A stretch of 49,925 bases of DNA. Source: a virus (lineage: Duplodnaviria; Caudoviricetes). Below, piece after piece: positions 44,533 through 49,925 of the stretch. The stretch spans positions 1 to 49,925 of IMG/VR virus record IMGVR_UViG_3300010155_004257; one strand, written 5' to 3'. How positions within the stretch are numbered: position 1 is the stretch's first letter; the number at the start of each line of letters is the position of its first letter. The notes under the pieces are model-generated. The model searched no databases, was not told where the DNA came from, and saw nothing but the letters and a program-made list of their open reading frames with translations. The position numbers and the translations under genes are program-made.

Positions 44533-47396
44533 TGCAACTTTCTATTGCCAAAGGGATATACAGAAATAAGCTACCAAATATAGTAATAGATCAGGTTTAT
44601 TTTGAGTCGATGGAGGAGGATGACATCAACCGAGTCTCTCTAAATTTATTATATCAAATCCCCGCCGACTGGACAAGTGTAAGCCCCTATCGAGTCATGC
44701 TAATCATGACTGTCGACGACTCCGTGATTCACGGCTTTAGGCAACACCCATCTACCGCTAAACATGCTATCCGAGACGACACAGGTCAGACACATGCTTA
44801 CAGAAAAATGTACCTAATGGGAGACGATTCTGGTGAAGTTTCTAATTTTGATGAAACCGTGAGTCTGGGAAATAACTCCGGTGAAGCACTCATACAAAGG
44901 AGAGTCAATGTGGATATACCAGACCTCCCTCGAGATTTGTGGCCCAACATGTATGTTTATGCCATAGCTTATCGGGTCAACCCTCAGGACGAGACACCGT
45001 CTGGGATAAGTCAGATGTTGTCGACGATCCGAACTGGATTTCCCTTAAGTGAGGCGATATATATCAGAAACCGTACATCGGCCCGGGCCTTCGTTTATAG
45101 ATTAGAGAGCACAGCACCCTCCTATGGGAATAAGGGAGATCTCTGGTCTGGGCCCACTCATCGCCAAGGCGGCCGCCTGATGGCAGGCGAATCACATGGC
45201 GATGCTCCACACCCTTATTTGTCTATTACTGTGGTTTCTAATCAGAAAACTCAAGATAAGTCATTTACGAGAGAGCAAAGTGAACTTTTCTTAGGCATAA
45301 CACGGACTTCCCGGGAACTGAACCGGCGCATGACTGAGGATATGGAAGTAGTACAAAACCTCTCTGGGCCGCCCTCCAATGGTATTTCCGATATACATTT
45401 TACACGTAATACTTCGGGTGTTTTGAAAGCAGTTTTTTCTATCAACTATAAACATTTAGTACAAGCAAATACAAAGATGAATTTTCTTTTTCGTAACAAA
45501 ATAGCCTTGAATGGTTGCTTCGAGGTCGAAAATTTGCGGCTCTTCCGCACACGCACTCGATCTAGTGTGGCGCCTAATCGACTCACCCCTGGTGTTCTTA
45601 ACACTTGCGGGGCCGGAGAGCAGGGTACCCCTAAGCTGGTAGCAACCCTTACCGACGGTAACATCTCTGGAATCGGCTACCAAAATCAGGCCGTCGGCGT
45701 TACCACTTATGTGGGAACAGATATCGAGATGGCAGGCATTGAGGGCGGAAGTTATGAATATACTCTTTACGTAGACGGGGTGGATAATAGCGCAGCGGCC
45801 GCGAATCATGTCCTTGGGATACTCAAAACATCTCTTACCGCTTATGACGGCTGGATCTCTCAAAACTTTTATGGACAACATGGCGCACTAAACACAGACG
45901 CTTCTAACAGTATCAGATCCCAGAGTCAGTTTCTCCAAGAAGATACAAGTTGGCCAAACTTAATAGATACATACCTTGCTGCAGTTATGTTTATTTTTGG
46001 ATCGGCCGCATTCCAGGACTACAGTATGGTGACGTGGCGTAAAAATTTACTGGCCATGTGCAATCCACGAAATGGAGATTTAGAGAGCATGTATGAAGTA
46101 AGCGAGCTTGTACGCAACTTCTACACATTGCTCGACAAAGCTGTCAACCCTCCGACCATTGGAGCAAACAATAATACCTTCAGTGTACAATCTGGGATAA
46201 GCACTACATCCGCCGCAGCGAAGCGCATTTCATTACTAAATGTTTTTCCGTCTTTATACGACCACCGCTTTGACCCGGCTACTGGGTTTGATTTTCTTGA
46301 TGATGAACTGGTGCACAACTCTCCAACTCTCACAGGCTTTAGCTACACGAATTACTCTGTTCGTATGAATAACGAGATAGGAAAATATAATATATCACCG
46401 GAAGGTACGAACCCATCCGGTTATCTTACTCCCGCACGAATTCGTACTCCTACGAATATTATAAACACTACGACCATGGCCATCGGCCTCAACAACACTA
46501 TCGATCTTTTTGCGGCCCGGGCGCGCCCGCAAACGCCAAAACTTTCATTCCACACTTCTACTCCCGCGAACAGCCCATCTGGCGCGAGTATAGACGAACT
46601 GCTATCAATGGGAGGTTTAACCGTGCGGCCGCTGGTCTTAGACATCCAAAGTATTAGAGACTTCCCCACGCCGACCGCTGCCCAAGCGGCTGCCCTTAGT
46701 TTAGTCTCGAGCACTGATTATTTATCGAGTGGTTCAGCATTTGTCCAAGACGACGCGTCACAATTAGCCGCTACATCCGGCTCTACAGAACAAAACATTC
46801 TCTATTCCCATGAGGAAGCCAACGATTCTACAGTGAGTATCCGCCACTCGGGACTTGTGATGACCATGATAAACTCCCAACTAGGGGGATTCTCACAGCT
46901 CCCCCCTGAACACTACACAAATGGCATCGCGGGCTCTTTAGCGGCCAAGGCTCTGTCGAACAACCCACTTCTACTTCTAGAGAACAATACAGCCACAATA
47001 GCCATAAGCTTCAACTCGATCAAAGAAGTACAATATTTTCAAGGCTTTGAAACAAATTCTCGTGGTGATGCCTTAATAGGTGCTCCTATATGGCGTATAC
47101 TGACAGAGGATATGTACAATCAGGCGAACTCGCAAGGTGCCCGCTTACTATGTCGTACCCAAGATACCCCCGATGTGACCAGTGGAGGCAATATTTTGGA
47201 ATTAGGAGAATATGATAATCTTTTCATTTTGGGAGATGCGTCGTCTGCGGCCATCACTCGAATTTTTATGCCATATGATTTTTACTATACTACGATCGTG
47301 CAGAACCTAGATTCTGCCGCTACACAGGCAGCTGTCAATATTAATACACCTCTTTCCAATGTTAGACCGTTTCTTATTAGGTTGCCGTTACAATGA
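44532..47396 (+). CDS. Large hypothetical protein, probably structural
   Basis: Long ORF; start placed at the TAATG overlap (44532) rather than the GTG at 44526. Confidence 0.78.
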   Translation: MQLSIAKGIYRNKLPNIVIDQVYFESMEEDDINRVSLNLLYQIPADWTSVSPYRVMLIMTVDDSVIHGFRQHPSTAKHAIRDDTGQTHAYRKMYLMGDDSGEVSNFDETVSLGNNSGEALIQRRVNVDIPDLPRDLWPNMYVYAIAYRVNPQDETPSGISQMLSTIRTGFPLSEAIYIRNRTSARAFVYRLESTAPSYGNKGDLWSGPTHRQGGRLMAGESHGDAPHPYLSITVVSNQKTQDKSFTREQSELFLGITRTSRELNRRMTEDMEVVQNLSGPPSNGISDIHFTRNTSGVLKAVFSINYKHLVQANTKMNFLFRNKIALNGCFEVENLRLFRTRTRSSVAPNRLTPGVLNTCGAGEQGTPKLVATLTDGNISGIGYQNQAVGVTTYVGTDIEMAGIEGGSYEYTLYVDGVDNSAAAANHVLGILKTSLTAYDGWISQNFYGQHGALNTDASNSIRSQSQFLQEDTSWPNLIDTYLAAVMFIFGSAAFQDYSMVTWRKNLLAMCNPRNGDLESMYEVSELVRNFYTLLDKAVNPPTIGANNNTFSVQSGISTTSAAAKRISLLNVFPSLYDHRFDPATGFDFLDDELVHNSPTLTGFSYTNYSVRMNNEIGKYNISPEGTNPSGYLTPARIRTPTNIINTTTMAIGLNNTIDLFAARARPQTPKLSFHTSTPANSPSGASIDELLSMGGLTVRPLVLDIQSIRDFPTPTAAQAAALSLVSSTDYLSSGSAFVQDDASQLAATSGSTEQNILYSHEEANDSTVSIRHSGLVMTMINSQLGGFSQLPPEHYTNGIAGSLAAKALSNNPLLLLENNTATIAISFNSIKEVQYFQGFETNSRGDALIGAPIWRILTEDMYNQANSQGARLLCRTQDTPDVTSGGNILELGEYDNLFILGDASSAAITRIFMPYDFYYTTIVQNLDSAATQAAVNINTPLSNVRPFLIRLPLQ

Positions 47397-47453
47397 CTGC
47401 TGGCCAAATTTCTGACAAAGGAATAGTTAGTACAGAGGAGAATCCTACCTAAG

Positions 47454-49733
47454 ATGGCCCAAAGTCCCACAACACGTGAATCCCTGTTACTTATTAATGC
47501 AGGCTCATTTAACCAATTAGGCCCGATCAGCCGAACACCGAGCATGTGGGTTGGAAACTATTTTCTTCGTACGGACTGGTCGACAGTTGACAGATTTAGA
47601 GGAATACAAGCAGCCTATATAGCGGCCAATAGCATCGACGCCGCCCAGGCATCGCCAGTGAACTTCTCCCGGACAAATGAAGCTACTCCGATCATCGCGA
47701 CGGCCGGGGTTCCGACGTTCTTCGGAGCCGAATCGTCGGGCCGGCGAAAGGAAGTGGTGGATTATTTGTTGGTACCCGACAACTCAGCTTGGAACGCCGC
47801 GAACGTCGCTGGAACTGAGGATATGTTACGGAAGTGGGTACAGGATCCTGGAGTAAATCAGGGTGACCCTTATTACTCTAATTTCTTAGAGACCGGCATG
47901 CCCTGGTACTCCGGCGTCCCGATCCCTGGCGTTTTTAATCGACAAGGCCCGGGCGGCTCATTTGTTGATCATACCTTTGTCTATCTCAAACCATCAGAGG
48001 ATATAGACCAGAGACTCACCGGCGGCCTAGAAATCACCATCGAATCGGTGTACAACTTTTATCTAGATACAATGCCTGCTTATGAACAGGTCACCAGGAA
48101 AGTGCCAGAACCAGTTCTTCCTAATTTTTATATTTTTGAAACTGAACTCCGGAATACGGGATCCCAGGCATACAGCCCAGATTATTATCAGGCCCTTACG
48201 TTATACACCCAGTACATTTCAGAGGTCCAACTCAACGATTGGTTTGTTCACGACCACGACGCCGGCGGCTATACCGAGACCACTAGTAAATCCTATTATC
48301 AAGCATATGTCAGCTCTTTGCAAACTATCAAGAATAGTGAATCTGGATATGCCAAACTCGCCGGATATTATAATATGTACCAGAAGAACGTGGCCGTGCT
48401 ACACAGCGATATCGACGCCATCTATCGGACGAGCCGACCTCAGTCGGAGGGTACCTCTGGCCTTTCGTTTTTGCCTTTTTATAATATAGTAACAGTAGGG
48501 AACGATGAATATCGTGCCGTCGCTCAGGGCGTCGGTGATGGACAAGGGCTTCCCCTCGCGCAAGGCTCTTTTTTTGGTAGTTTGTTTGGTGTCGAGAACT
48601 TTGATGCAGCAAGCTTTATCGATATTCTGCAGTTGTATCTCATCAGATTTCTTGAACAGGGACATTACACATCCACGGGCCAAGATATTGTCCTCACCCC
48701 CGGTACCCCCGGGGAAGGTAACCTCTCACACACCTACACTGCACTCTTCGGCGGAGAGACAATAGGCTCTCTATTTCATGTATTTGAGCGCGCTCCGACA
48801 CGGACACAGACACTAATGACCGCATCGATTTCTTTTGATCTTTCTCACCGTGATGCCGGGGTTGGGAAAATGGGTTGGGTCAACCCGGACTATGATGGAT
48901 TTGAGAGAAACGCTTTATTCCTAGCAGAACGAATCGCTAATAACGGTTCTAATATGATCCAATGGTCCAATGATGGATTTTCCGTCGACGCCGGAATAGG
49001 TATACAGGACGGAAAGTGGGAACGTGACAACGTTGTGTTAATCCGTGATTATTCCAATGACCTAGATCCTCCCAACCCGGATCCGAGCGCGGTAGGAGAT
49101 TTTTATGATAAGATACAGACCGGAGATATCCGGCCTCCTATGCGAAATTTTGAGAACGTTCTAATGAACCAGGGCGCCTTTTCTGAAACCGTATTGTATA
49201 AGATAGACAAGAGGGTCGTGGACAGCGCCGGTAATATCTTACCGAATATTGTTCAAACTATCTACCTATCCCCCAAGTTTACAGACCCGGGCCCTCTCCA
49301 ATATATCGATTCCCAAGTGAGATATGGAGTACGGTATCAATATGATATCAAACAGGTGCGCGTGGTATTTGGAAACCAATACAATTATGATGATCTACAG
49401 GTCTACACTGCTGGATACGCCGGATATGGGAGAGCAGTAGGAAACGCTTTGGGGTTCTACGAACCAACGACTCCCGGCCCCGGAGCTGTTAGCTACGTCA
49501 ACTCCGGGCTCATCGCGTATACTGCGCTCAATGAGGACACCACTGAGAAGCCGGTTCAACGTGGATATTTTGTGGTTGCTCCTACGGCGATCAGTGAAGA
49601 AGACTGGATCACCATGGCTGAGGGTTCAGACTACGGTTCCCCCAAACTCGACCGCGTAAATCTTATTTTCAAGACAGGTTGGGGCTTCGGCGGCAACGAA
49701 ACCGGCGGCGCTGTCGGCGGGCCGGTAGACTAA
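47454..49733 (+). CDS. Large hypothetical protein (759 aa), probably structural
   Basis: Long ORF with GAGGAG upstream; YIDSQVRYGVRYQY is FnIII/Ig-like. Confidence 0.78.
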   Translation: MAQSPTTRESLLLINAGSFNQLGPISRTPSMWVGNYFLRTDWSTVDRFRGIQAAYIAANSIDAAQASPVNFSRTNEATPIIATAGVPTFFGAESSGRRKEVVDYLLVPDNSAWNAANVAGTEDMLRKWVQDPGVNQGDPYYSNFLETGMPWYSGVPIPGVFNRQGPGGSFVDHTFVYLKPSEDIDQRLTGGLEITIESVYNFYLDTMPAYEQVTRKVPEPVLPNFYIFETELRNTGSQAYSPDYYQALTLYTQYISEVQLNDWFVHDHDAGGYTETTSKSYYQAYVSSLQTIKNSESGYAKLAGYYNMYQKNVAVLHSDIDAIYRTSRPQSEGTSGLSFLPFYNIVTVGNDEYRAVAQGVGDGQGLPLAQGSFFGSLFGVENFDAASFIDILQLYLIRFLEQGHYTSTGQDIVLTPGTPGEGNLSHTYTALFGGETIGSLFHVFERAPTRTQTLMTASISFDLSHRDAGVGKMGWVNPDYDGFERNALFLAERIANNGSNMIQWSNDGFSVDAGIGIQDGKWERDNVVLIRDYSNDLDPPNPDPSAVGDFYDKIQTGDIRPPMRNFENVLMNQGAFSETVLYKIDKRVVDSAGNILPNIVQTIYLSPKFTDPGPLQYIDSQVRYGVRYQYDIKQVRVVFGNQYNYDDLQVYTAGYAGYGRAVGNALGFYEPTTPGPGAVSYVNSGLIAYTALNEDTTEKPVQRGYFVVAPTAISEEDWITMAEGSDYGSPKLDRVNLIFKTGWGFGGNETGGAVGGPVD

Positions 49734-49742
49734 TAAAAGATT

Positions 49743-49925
49743 ATGGGATTTCATTGGTATATCGATGTAACAGAGCCCGGCCGGGCAAGTTTCTCCGCTG
49801 GCCCTATTATATTAGCCAACGACGAGAACATGAGCGTATCCGCTTTTGTGGAGATGGTCAACACAGCCTTTTTGAATGTATATGAGAATGATATTCACGA
49901 TACTCTTTATACCATGTCCGCCAGA
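49743..49925 (+). CDS. Hypothetical protein, N-terminal part; truncated by window end
   Basis: Not in the ORF track. ATG at 49743 is open to the window end: MGFHWYIDVTEPGRASFSAGPIILANDENM... Confidence 0.65.
   Translation, partial: MGFHWYIDVTEPGRASFSAGPIILANDENMSVSAFVEMVNTAFLNVYENDIHDTLYTMSAR

Noticed and set aside
49731-49745. Read-through joining the 759-aa ORF to the in-frame ORF at 49743
   Set aside because: Two consecutive TAA stops separate them and the second ORF has its own ATG.
1-49925. Stop-codon reassignment
   Set aside because: ORFs up to 3261 aa are open in the standard code, and TAA, TAG and TGA all end genes at sensible boundaries.
1-49925. tRNA, rRNA, introns, inteins or IS elements
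   Set aside because: Intergenic gaps are too short and no such motifs were seen by eye; a covariance-model scan was not possible.

Overview
This is a ~50-kb segment of a large (probably jumbo, myovirus-like) bacteriophage genome. All credible genes lie on the + strand, are tightly packed with frequent stop/start overlaps, and read in the standard code. Four blocks are visible. (1) 1-3192: the end of a cytidylyltransferase, PIN-PhoH, a HExxH metallopeptidase-like protein and a Cas4/AddB-like nuclease. (2) 3202-18483: a ~15-kb glycosylation locus encoding nearly a full nonulosonic-acid (pseudaminic/legionaminic/sialic-type) pathway, with a PseB-like dehydratase, a PseC-like aminotransferase, two NeuB synthases, two NeuA-like CMP-synthetases, two Maf/GT42-like transferase domains (one fused to a GT4), and acetyl-, formyl-, WbqC, methyl-transferase and deacetylase tailoring enzymes. 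(3) 18480-20479: small proteins and a T4 gp55-like sigma factor. (4) 20460-49925: a baseplate/tail module with two tandem paralogues that share a gp5/VgrG-like N-terminus but carry different catalytic tips (SGNH esterase versus lambda-lysozyme-like), a separate HxH spike, gp25, gp6, and very large LamG-containing, [ST]GS-rich structural proteins. The strongest candidates for a new system are a phage-encoded sialic-acid-like virion glycosylation pathway and a split, two-enzyme baseplate spike. All calls come from motif recognition by eye; no database search was run.
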